The notes under the pieces were generated by a model that saw only the letters and a list, made by a program, of their open reading frames with translations, searched no databases and had not been told where the DNA came from. This document shows positions 55,789 to 64,000 of a stretch of 64,000 nt of DNA, piece after piece; within the stretch, counting starts at the first letter, position 1; every line of letters begins with the position of its first letter. Both the position numbers and the translations under genes were made by a program. This DNA is from Spirochaetota bacterium (lineage in GTDB: Bacteria; Spirochaetota; UBA4802; UBA5368), in NCBI GenBank assembly GCA_004297825.1, contig SCSX01000084.1:42862-106861 (forward strand), written 5' to 3'.

Positions 55789-55814
55789 AAGGGCGTGGGC
55801 GAGGTAAGTATTTA

Positions 55815-56111
55815 ATGCGTGACCATGATCATTCCCACCTGCGCGAGGGGGAGCGCTGCGAAGAGTGCGACGCGAGGGAATTCCCCGGCGAGATAACCTT
55901 CAAGGCCGTATATAAGAACCTTCCCTACGTACTGGACGTCATCAGGAATATTTTCAGCGAAAACGGGCTCATGCCGCAGATAGAGACAAAGCTCAGCCGC
56001 ACCAGCAAGTACATATCCTTTACCTTCTCCGCGCGCTTCGAGAGCGAGGCGCAGCTCAACAAGGTGTGTTCCGCTATCTCCAGGGTGGAAGGATTCACCA
56101 CGATGTTCTAG
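55815..56111 (+). CDS. DUF493 (YbeD-like) family protein
   Basis: 98 aa. EFPGEITFKAV.. core of the YbeD/UPF0250 fold. Confidence 0.5.
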   Translation: MRDHDHSHLREGERCEECDAREFPGEITFKAVYKNLPYVLDVIRNIFSENGLMPQIETKLSRTSKYISFTFSARFESEAQLNKVCSAISRVEGFTTMF

Positions 56112-56114
56112 CGC

Positions 56115-57341
56115 TCACGTCGCGCGACCCAGCGCTATCCCCGCGAGCGCGCCCGTGCTCCATGCGAACTGGAGATTGTAGCCCCCGCTGTCGCCGTCTA
56201 TGTCGAGAAGCTCCCCCGTGATGTAAAGCCCCTTCACCCGCCTGGATTCCATCGTCGCGGGATTGATCTCGTCCACGTCCACGCCCCCCGCGGCGACCAC
56301 TGCCTCGGCGAAGGGGCGCGGGGTGCCCGGCGCGACGCGCACATCCTGGAGCGCGCGTACGATCCGCGCGCGCGCTCCGGGGGAGAGCGAATCGGCGCGG
56401 GCCTGCCCGTCCAGTCCCGCGAGGGAGAGGAAGATCTCGGGCATGCGCTCTTTCAGTATGCCGAGAAGGCCGAAGGCGAGGGTGCGCTCCCCGTCCGCCA
56501 GCACCGTGTCCAGCAGCTCCGCAAGACCCGCGTCGTCAGTCGCGGGGAAGAGATCGATCGCGACCTCGGGCGTTTCGCCCGCGAGGACTCGTTCGTTCAC
56601 GGCGCGGGACACATCGAGCGAGGCCGGTCCCGAGATCCCGTATTTCGTAAAGAGGAGCTCCCCATTGGATTCCGCGATCGTTTTCCCGCGCGCGCGCACG
56701 CTCACCCCGCAGTCCCACTTGATCCCCTCGAGCCGGTGCAGCGCCTTGAGCGGTATCGAGATCGGAAGGATGGCGGGAAAGGGCTCGTACACCCGGTGCC
56801 CCAGGGAGGAGGCGAGCTCGTAGCCCGCGGTGGACGCGCCCAACTGCGGGGCGGCGCAGCTTCCCGCGGCCAGGACGACTGCGTCGAACTCGAGCTCCTC
56901 GAGCCCGGAAGTCACGAGCAGGAATTTCCCGTTTCGCGGCTGGATCGAGTCGACCTTGCGGTGAAGATGTATATCGGCCCCCAATCTCCCGATTTCCCAG
57001 ATAAGCACGCGCTGCACGGAGGACGCCTGGAGGGACGCCGGGTAGAGTTTTCCGCGCTCCCCCTCCACGAAGGGAATGCCGATCGACCGGAAGAACTCCG
57101 TGGTTTCATCGAGCCCGAAGCGCGCGATGACATTGCCGGCGAACCGGGGATTGTGCCCGTGGTAGCGGTCCGCGTCAAGTTCGCGGTTGGCGATGTTGCA
57201 GCGCCCGTTGCCGGTCGCGAGGAGCTTTCGCCCCGCGGATTTCTGCCGCTCGAACACGGTCACGCGGCATCCGCCGCGCGCGCAGAAGTGCGCCGCGATG
57301 AGCCCCGATGCCCCTCCCCCGATTATCGCTACGCGTTTCAT
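56115..57341 (-). CDS. NAD(P)/FAD-dependent oxidoreductase (HI0933/BaiN-like flavoprotein)
   Basis: VAIIGGGASGLIAA dinucleotide-binding motif. C-terminal GELLDIDGDSGGYNLQFAWSTG is typical of the HI0933 family. Confidence 0.7.
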   Translation of the reverse strand: MKRVAIIGGGASGLIAAHFCARGGCRVTVFERQKSAGRKLLATGNGRCNIANRELDADRYHGHNPRFAGNVIARFGLDETTEFFRSIGIPFVEGERGKLYPASLQASSVQRVLIWEIGRLGADIHLHRKVDSIQPRNGKFLLVTSGLEELEFDAVVLAAGSCAAPQLGASTAGYELASSLGHRVYEPFPAILPISIPLKALHRLEGIKWDCGVSVRARGKTIAESNGELLFTKYGISGPASLDVSRAVNERVLAGETPEVAIDLFPATDDAGLAELLDTVLADGERTLAFGLLGILKERMPEIFLSLAGLDGQARADSLSPGARARIVRALQDVRVAPGTPRPFAEAVVAAGGVDVDEINPATMESRRVKGLYITGELLDIDGDSGGYNLQFAWSTGALAGIALGRAT

Positions 57342-57554
57342 CGCTTTCTCCGCTCCTGGATTTTCCTGCCGGAATGGATTTTAAGGAAACGCGTGCCGCC
57401 GTCAAGAAGTAAGGAAAATGTTGATATTTTTAAAAAGGACCGCTACTGTGCCCTCGCGCAATCGTAAACCGGGCGGTCGAATACAAGGTGACGGATTTTG
57501 CTGTTTTGTCTATCCTGAAAATGACTGCGCGGTACGTTCCATTGCGAGGTTTAT

Positions 57555-58307
57555 TTGATGAAAAAAATTCTTGAAGCGTTGTACAGCCTGCTGTTTTTCT
57601 TCATCTTCGCTTTTTATACGGCGTTCTTCGGAATCATTTCACACGTGTCCATTCTGTTCAGCCCGCGGGGAAAGGTCGCGCACTGGTGCATGCGTATGTG
57701 GTCCCGGTGCACCCTGGCAACATGCAGGGTCACGGTGCGCGTGGAGGGGTTGGAAAATATCGCCCGCGACCGCGTCCAGATATTCGCGTCAAACCACGCG
57801 AGCCATTTCGACATATTCATCCTGAGTACGGTGATCCCGGTCAGGTTCGGCTGGGTCGCCAAGGCCATACTTTTTAAAATTCCGTTCATAGGCTGGCACA
57901 TGTGGCTGAACGGCTATATCTCCATCAATCGGACCAATCGGACGAAAGCGATCAAGAGCATGGACCTCGCGGCGGAAAAGGTAAAGAGGGGAAACCGGAT
58001 CACGATTTTTCCCGAGGGAACGCGCAGCCGCACCGGCGTGCTTCAGCCCTTCAAGAAGGGGCTTTTCCACCTATGCGTGCAGACCGGGGTTCCCATCGTG
58101 CCCATCTTCATCAGGAATTCGTACCACATACTCCCGCCCGGATCCATGATCCTGCATCCGTCCACGGTGTACGTGAAAATAGGCGAGAAGATGCCCACTG
58201 CCGGATACTCGGTGGAGAAAATAGAAATAATCATGAGCGATCTCCGGAAGCGCATCGAAACCCTGGAGAAAGAGGCGGCGGAAATGGAAAAGAGGTTCGG
58301 GGGCTGA
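57555..58307 (+). CDS. plsC: 1-acyl-sn-glycerol-3-phosphate acyltransferase (PlsC family)
   Basis: HX4D motif NHASHFD. FPEGTRS motif. N-terminal TM anchor. Confidence 0.8.
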   Translation: MMKKILEALYSLLFFFIFAFYTAFFGIISHVSILFSPRGKVAHWCMRMWSRCTLATCRVTVRVEGLENIARDRVQIFASNHASHFDIFILSTVIPVRFGWVAKAILFKIPFIGWHMWLNGYISINRTNRTKAIKSMDLAAEKVKRGNRITIFPEGTRSRTGVLQPFKKGLFHLCVQTGVPIVPIFIRNSYHILPPGSMILHPSTVYVKIGEKMPTAGYSVEKIEIIMSDLRKRIETLEKEAAEMEKRFGG

Positions 58308-58447
58308 TAATACCGTATGTGCAACGGCGCCGGCAATTGTTCGGCGGGGTCGTTTGTCCATACGGCCGAAAATCCATAGTAGAGACGTCCCGGCGGGACG
58401 TCTCTACTACAGGTTTTCGGTTGCATCCACAAACAACCCCGCACCAT

Positions 58448-59302
58448 TCAATCCAGGGCGTTAATGACCTTCGACACCGCCTGCGACTTGTTCAGCGCGT
58501 AGAAGTGGAAACCGGGCACTCCCCAGGACTTGAGCTCCCGGCACTGGATGATCGAGTACTCGATCCCCACCTCGCAGACGTCGACGATCGAACCGCACGT
58601 GACGAGCCTTTTCATGAGCTCGTTCGGGATTTTCGCGCCGCACATGCGCGTGACCTTCTCGATGTTCGCTTGGTTGGTGACGGGCATGATGCCGGGGATC
58701 ACCGGGACCGTGACGCCCATGCGGCGCACGCTGTTCATGAACTCGTAGAAATCGTCGTTGTTGTAGAAAAGCTGGGTGATGACGTAATCGGCCCCGGCGT
58801 CCACCTTGCGCTTGAGGTTCTCGAGATCGGCCTCCATGCTGGGGGCTTCCAGGTGCTTCTCGGGGTATCCCGCGACGCCAATGGTAAACCCGTTGATCGA
58901 GCGGATGAAGGTCACGAGCTCGTTTGCGTACGGGAACCCGTCCACCGGTGCGACGAAGTGCTCCTGTCCCTTCGGGGGATCGCCCCTGAGCGCGAGGATG
59001 TTCGATATGCCCTTCGCCTTGACATCGCCCAGGTAGCGTGCGATCTCGTCCCTGCCCGCGCCCACGCAGGTGAAGTGCACAAGGGGCGTGATGCCCAGTG
59101 TGTCGCGTATCTTGAGGGAAAGCTCCAGGGTGCGTGACTGGGTGGATCCCCCCGCCCCGTACGTCACCGATATGAACCCGGGCTTGAATACCGCGAGCTC
59201 GCCCAGGGCCTGCATGAGGTTGATCTCGCCCTGTTCCGTCTTGGGCGGAAACAGCTCGAATGAAATCACGAATCCTTCTTTATATAATTCGGGTATGCCC
59301 AT
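58448..59302 (-). CDS. metF: Methylenetetrahydrofolate reductase
   Basis: 284 aa. MTHFR signatures (ISFELFPPKT, TYGAGGS, ALRGDPP). Confidence 0.85.
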   Translation of the reverse strand: MGIPELYKEGFVISFELFPPKTEQGEINLMQALGELAVFKPGFISVTYGAGGSTQSRTLELSLKIRDTLGITPLVHFTCVGAGRDEIARYLGDVKAKGISNILALRGDPPKGQEHFVAPVDGFPYANELVTFIRSINGFTIGVAGYPEKHLEAPSMEADLENLKRKVDAGADYVITQLFYNNDDFYEFMNSVRRMGVTVPVIPGIMPVTNQANIEKVTRMCGAKIPNELMKRLVTCGSIVDVCEVGIEYSIIQCRELKSWGVPGFHFYALNKSQAVSKVINALD

Positions 59303-59538
59303 GCCGCCGGGGTTCCTCCTTAAACTGGTTGCAATGGAGAACCCTAGACCTGGGCGTGCCGGCTTTCAACTGTTTTTTGATCGAGCGCGGGCAAAATAGG
59401 AGGGCCGTGGCGTATCCTGGGGCGGTTTTCCTGGTTGACGCACCCGGGAAATTGACGTATGCTTCGACGGATATGCACCATGGCTTCCCAATGCACGGCC
59501 GCGCAAGAAGGAATGCCGCCCGTGGATTCGGCAGCGAC

Positions 59539-59553
59539 GCGATTAATCTTGAC
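59539..59553 (+). promoter_or_regulatory. Conserved 15-mer GCGATTAATCTTGAC upstream of the MCP gene
   Basis: Exact repeat of 46306-46320. Followed by the hairpin GGGGGGTGTATGTGCCCCC. Confidence 0.3.
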
Positions 59554-59632
59554 AGCGGGGGGTGTATGTGCCCCCAATGATTGAGCGCTCACTCAAATTT
59601 TCAATGCGCGTTCGGCAGGAGCGGGAGGAAGA

Positions 59633-61219
59633 ATGGGGAGGAAAGTTATGAGCCAGGCCGGATCGATCGGCGACATCTCACGGCAAAACATACTTATCGC
59701 GAACCGGATCAGGATGATCATAATCATCGCCCTGCTTGCAGTTGTCGCGGGCTCAGCGGAAAGCAACATGCTGGTCATCAACATCGCCTATTTCAGCGGC
59801 TTGGGGATCTATTTCGTAACCGCCGTGGTGAACTATGCGTTGACGCGCCGCGGGCGCGGGGGCGCGGCGCTTCAGTTTGTCACGATGGCGGTCGAGATGA
59901 ACATCGTGACGCTCATCAAATCCGCGTACGCGTTCACCGACAAACCTTACCTCGTGGTGAACGAAAGCATCGTCTTCTCGGTCTATTTCCTCTTTATCCT
60001 CCTCACCCTGCTCCAGAACAGCAGGGCCCTCACCGCACTCGCGGGAGGGCTCGCGGCGCTCGAGTACTCGGCGCTTATCGCGTTCTGCGTAGTGGTCATG
60101 GGAGTGCCCTGGGCCGTGGGAAATCCAATTCCGGGACACGCGGTGATAGACGATGAGATAGCGAAGCTCATACTCATCGGGGGCTTTACGGCTGTGTGCG
60201 CTACGGTGCTGAAAAACCTGCGCGGTTTTTCGTTCAAGGCCGAGGAGAATGAGCGGATCGCGCGATCGCGCTCGGCGCACCTGGAAGGGATAATCGCCTC
60301 CGCGACCGGTATGAACGAGTCGCTCACCGGCGTGAGCAGGGACCAGAAATCGGTCTGCGACACATTCTCGCAGCTCTCGCAGGATCAGGCGGCGATGAGC
60401 GAAGAGCTTTCCTCGGTGTACGAGGAGCAGGTCGCCTCGATAGAGTCGATCAACCGGAACATGACGGCGCAGAGCGCCGAATCCGAGAAATCCGCGGCGC
60501 TCATCGCGACGCTCAGGGAAAGCGAGCGAAGGGTGCTCGACCTGAGCTCCGCGGTACTGGCGGACATAGGACGCGTGGCCGCTTCGTCCGAAAGCACCTC
60601 GCGCATACTCTCCCAGATGGGCGGCATGATGCAGCTCCTCCGCGAGGGTGGGCAGTCGATCACCGCGTTCATCTCGGTCATTAACGATATCACCGACAGG
60701 ATCAACCTGCTTTCGCTTAACGCCGCGATCGAGGCCGCGCGCGCGGGCGAGCACGGCCGCGGCTTCGCCGTCGTCGCCGACGAGATCGGCAAGCTCGCGG
60801 AGGCGACCTCCGACAATTCCAGGGAGATATCGGCCCAGCTCGAACGCATCCGGGCGGACATCGAGCGCGGCGGCGCGCTCGTCAACGACACCCGCTCCGC
60901 GGTGGACGAGGTTATCGCGCTCATAGGGGCGAGTAACGAGAAGATAGACGAGGTGCGCGAGGCGATGACGGCGCAGAACGGCGCGATAGGCGCGGTGGAG
61001 GAGCAGTCCGCGATCCTGGGCTCGCTTTCGCGATCGATTTTATCGGCGACGGACGAACAGCGCTTTTCGATGGAGGAAAGCATGGCGACCGTCCAGAGGA
61101 TCGCGGAATTGGCGCAGACGATAGGGTCACACACGCAGCAGATGCTCGAATTCGCCCGGGTGATCACGGGCGGAACCGAGGAGCTGAGCGCGCTCATTAC
61201 GACCGGCGCGACGGAATAA
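59633..61219 (+). CDS. Methyl-accepting chemotaxis protein with polytopic N-terminal membrane sensor
   Basis: About 6 TM helices, then the MCP signalling domain ([30 protein letters not shown]). GGGAGGA RBS. Confidence 0.8.
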   Translation: MGRKVMSQAGSIGDISRQNILIANRIRMIIIIALLAVVAGSAESNMLVINIAYFSGLGIYFVTAVVNYALTRRGRGGAALQFVTMAVEMNIVTLIKSAYAFTDKPYLVVNESIVFSVYFLFILLTLLQNSRALTALAGGLAALEYSALIAFCVVVMGVPWAVGNPIPGHAVIDDEIAKLILIGGFTAVCATVLKNLRGFSFKAEENERIARSRSAHLEGIIASATGMNESLTGVSRDQKSVCDTFSQLSQDQAAMSEELSSVYEEQVASIESINRNMTAQSAESEKSAALIATLRESERRVLDLSSAVLADIGRVAASSESTSRILSQMGGMMQLLREGGQSITAFISVINDITDRINLLSLNAAIEAARAGEHGRGFAVVADEIGKLAEATSDNSREISAQLERIRADIERGGALVNDTRSAVDEVIALIGASNEKIDEVREAMTAQNGAIGAVEEQSAILGSLSRSILSATDEQRFSMEESMATVQRIAELAQTIGSHTQQMLEFARVITGGTEELSALITTGATE

Positions 61220-61315
61220 ATAAAAACGCCCCCCGCCAGGCGGCGCGGGAGGCGGGAACCGGGGGAACGCCCCCGGGGCCGCGGACCGGTGTATCGGCCC
61301 CCGGGCCCCCTGCCG

Positions 61316-62614
61316 CTACTCTTCCAATCCCACGCGCTCGACCTTGTTGAGGTCCCTCACGTAGAAAAACGACCCGATGAAAAATACCACTGCCCCGAAA
61401 AGAGAGAAAAGCGGGAGGAATTTGAACGCGGTAAGGAGATCGTAGCGGTCCGATATGTACCCGACGAATATGGGTGCCAGGCTGTAGCCCAGGAGCATCA
61501 TGAAGAACTGCGCCAGGCTGTAGGAAATCGCGCGAAGGCCGGGGTGCACGACGTCCTGCGTGACCGCGGAGCCGCCCGCGGCGAACATGGGCGCGGTGAA
61601 TCCGAAGCAGATGAGGAACACGTATTGCGCGGTCCCCTCGAGGAAGAAGAAGCCGATAAAAAGGAACAGCCCGGTGAGGAGCGATGTGACGGCCGGCACG
61701 CTCATGCGCGCGTTAGGATACTTGCGGCGAAGCTTGTCGGTGACTAACCCGCCTATGGGGGCGCCGAAAATCGCGAGGAGGAACACCACCGAGGTCTTCA
61801 CGCCCGCCTTGTCCATGGGAAGCCCGTCCATCCGGTTGAAGTACGAGGGAAGCCAGTTCATAAGCGCCGTGGTGACGAAGGTGTTTCCGATGTAGCCCAG
61901 GTACGTGAACAGCACCGAGGGTGTGTGCAGGAATTCCCTGGCGATTTCACCCGGCTTCATCTTCACGTGAACCGCGTTGGCACCCGTGCCGGACTTTCTC
62001 GTGATCTGCACCGTCTTGTAGTCCTTCACCCAGAAAAAGAGCAGGGCGACGATAAGCCCCGGCACCGCGAGCAGGCCGAAGGCGTAGCGCCAGCCCAGGC
62101 TCTCCGCGATCACCCCGCCCAGTATCACCCCGATCGCGGTGCCCATGGGAATGGCAGCCGTGAACAGCCCGTTCATGGTGGCGCGCTTTTCCTCGGGGAA
62201 ATATGCCGCGATCATCGCGTGACCTCCTGAGGTGTACGCTGCCTCCCCGACGCCGATAAGCGAGCGCGCGGTGAACAACTGCGTGAAGCTTTTCGTCAAC
62301 GCGCACGCCGCCGCGCCGATGCTCCAGAGCACCGCCATGATGCCTATTGCTTTTTTCCTGCTCCACCGGTCGACAAGCAGTGATACGGGAAAGACGAACA
62401 GGGTCATCATGAGCGTCACGATCGAGGCGAACCAGCCGCATTCGGCGTCGGTGAGGGCCCACTCGACCTTCAGGTACGGGAAGATGGCGGCGACAACCAT
62501 CCGGTCCACGTAATTGAACAGGTAGAGCAGGAACAGCAGGAGGAACACGTACCGTGCGTATCCCGGTGAAACCTGGAAGTCTTTCGCTTCGTTCAGGCGT
62601 GCGGCTTTTTCCAT
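61316..62614 (-). CDS. MFS transporter
   Basis: 432 aa, 12 TM. MFS loop motif (DRWSRKKAI). Confidence 0.8.
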   Translation of the reverse strand: MEKAARLNEAKDFQVSPGYARYVFLLLFLLYLFNYVDRMVVAAIFPYLKVEWALTDAECGWFASIVTLMMTLFVFPVSLLVDRWSRKKAIGIMAVLWSIGAAACALTKSFTQLFTARSLIGVGEAAYTSGGHAMIAAYFPEEKRATMNGLFTAAIPMGTAIGVILGGVIAESLGWRYAFGLLAVPGLIVALLFFWVKDYKTVQITRKSGTGANAVHVKMKPGEIAREFLHTPSVLFTYLGYIGNTFVTTALMNWLPSYFNRMDGLPMDKAGVKTSVVFLLAIFGAPIGGLVTDKLRRKYPNARMSVPAVTSLLTGLFLFIGFFFLEGTAQYVFLICFGFTAPMFAAGGSAVTQDVVHPGLRAISYSLAQFFMMLLGYSLAPIFVGYISDRYDLLTAFKFLPLFSLFGAVVFFIGSFFYVRDLNKVERVGLEE

Positions 62615-63381
62615 GTAAACGCTCCTCGATGGGTTTTATGGACGGCTTCCGGCATTATTCCCCGGGGGGAGGCCGGCGCTTCGAAAAATGCGCATTCTTC
62701 CCCCTTGTGCCCTTAAAGGGTACCGTGCGAACGCACGTTGGAAGATGAATGCTTATCGCCGCCGCGGCGACCGCGGTGGCGTGAGGTACGGCGGCGCCCA
62801 TTCCCCGCCGCATCCGGTTCAAACCGGGCTCGCGGGGCCGGCACGTGTAGAGCAAGATGATTTCATTGATATACAACGTAATCCATAAATCAATCATTAT
62901 TTTTATTTCCCCGCCGCCGTTACGTGTTACCGCCCGTTTTCTTTTTCCCGGAATTTCCAGCCGCGTGTTGCCGCCCGGACGCGGCGCGCGCTCCCGCGCC
63001 GGTAACCGCCGCCGGTTTGCCGGAAAGCCGATCGCGGGCATAATGTTACACGCCCGTAATATTGGGGGCGTGTGAGCGCGGATTTTCCCGCGATATAAGC
63101 GACGCTAACGGCCGCGCGGCCGCCGGGGCCTTGCGGAAAAATATTTAACCTCATGGAAATATATTACCTGAAGGTAAAATAGGCCCCGATTTTCCACGCC
63201 GCGACCCGCGAACGTTGACAGGTTTTGTGCGTGTGCTAAAACCACAGTATGGAAATTTATTTCATTGAAACCGGATTGAAAAGCGCGCGGAACGCGCCGC
63301 GACCCCGGTCGAGGAGGATGCCTATGAGCGTGAATGCGGGCTTGTGCGTACTAATCAATTAATAACAGGAGGATTCGAACG

Positions 63382-64000
63382 ATGAAGATGAGGAAGTTAT
63401 TGTTGCTGGCATGCGTCGCGATCATCGCACTCATGCCGCTCATGGCGCTCGCCGAGGACGCGGCGAAGCCGAAACAGGACGCGGCCGCGGCGGTGCAGCC
63501 GTCCGCGCGGGCCGTGGATCCAAGCGGTTCAAAGACCGGAAACGCCGCCGACGTAACCGCGGCGAAACCGGGAAATCCCACGATAGCGGAAATCGCCGAC
63601 GAGGTGGGTAAGAGCAAGGTAGCCGTGAACATGGTCTGGGTGCTGATCACGGGCTTTCTGGTGATGTTCATGCAGGCCGGGTTCGCGATGGTCGAATCGG
63701 GACTCACCCGCGCGAAAAACGTGGCGCATACGATGGCGATGAATTTAATGATCTACCCGCTGGGCATGCTGGGCTTTTACCTGTGCGGATTCGCGCTCAT
63801 GTTTGGCGGGGTGGGGGCGCTGGGAACCCTTGGGGGATTTGACGGGCTTTCGAGCGAATTCACGGTGACCCTCTTCGGGAAGGAGTTCGGTCTTTTTGGA
63901 AGCAAGGGTTTCATGCTGACGGGCGTGTACGACGTCGCGGTGTTCGCGATGTTCCTTTTCCAGATGGTATTCATGGACACGACGGCGACCATTCCCACGG
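63382..64000 (+). CDS. amt: Ammonium transporter (Amt family), 5'-partial (runs off the window end)
   Basis: Signal peptide, then the Amt signature (VWVLITGFLVMFMQAGFAMVESGLTRAKN). AGGAGG RBS. No stop codon within the window. Confidence 0.85.
   Translation, partial: MKMRKLLLLACVAIIALMPLMALAEDAAKPKQDAAAAVQPSARAVDPSGSKTGNAADVTAAKPGNPTIAEIADEVGKSKVAVNMVWVLITGFLVMFMQAGFAMVESGLTRAKNVAHTMAMNLMIYPLGMLGFYLCGFALMFGGVGALGTLGGFDGLSSEFTVTLFGKEFGLFGSKGFMLTGVYDVAVFAMFLFQMVFMDTTATIPT

Noticed and set aside
62615-63381. Sigma-54 (-24 GG / -12 GC) promoter and NtrC sites upstream of amt
   Set aside because: I could not find a TGGCAC-N5-TTGC match. Only a short GCGCGGAACGCGC palindrome is present, which is not sufficient.

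Overview
This is a 64 kb chromosomal segment from a bacterium with moderate to high GC. The gene content suggests an anaerobic lifestyle. It includes a 2-hydroxyacyl-CoA dehydratase pair, two acyl-CoA dehydrogenase plus EtfBA sets, a periplasmic tetraheme cytochrome c, and a six-gene Hyf-like membrane complex. I support about 60 protein genes and one tRNA-Leu(CAA). I found no rRNA, CRISPR array or IS element.

The window is mosaic in composition. A high-GC block, roughly 65-70% by eye, spans 10.8-22.6 kb and carries beta-oxidation-type genes. These are a thiolase, an SDR hydroxyacyl-CoA dehydrogenase, two ACADs, EtfAB and two paralogous VOC/PhnB-like genes. Lower-GC insertions sit inside or next to it: a higBA pair, an orphan 468-aa protein and the Hyf-like operon.

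The most unusual locus is 24.3-32.6 kb on the minus strand. It is a tightly packed operon: higA-family HTH, then an HTH-PTS-EIIA(Ntr)-type regulator, then NuoL-like, NuoH-like, HyfE-like, NuoN-like, a fused NuoC-NuoD 'large subunit', and a fused NuoI-NuoB 'small subunit'. The large subunit has no CxxC motif anywhere, so it cannot bind a NiFe centre. This matches an energy-converting-hydrogenase-related (Ehr-type) complex of unknown function. A decayed higB remnant lies just upstream.

Other notable items are listed in the findings. They include a ~65-bp purine-rich intergenic element in two copies. A perfect 36-bp palindrome is followed by 24-bp tandem repeats at a convergent junction. A standalone MshEN (c-di-GMP-binding) domain protein is present. 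There is a CASTOR/POLLUX-like RCK ion channel. A membrane-anchored sulfatase-fold protein has a substituted nucleophile motif. An exact 15-mer (GCGATTAATCTTGAC) is shared by two promoter regions.

All calls come from reading the translated ORFs and the DNA by eye. No database searches were run.
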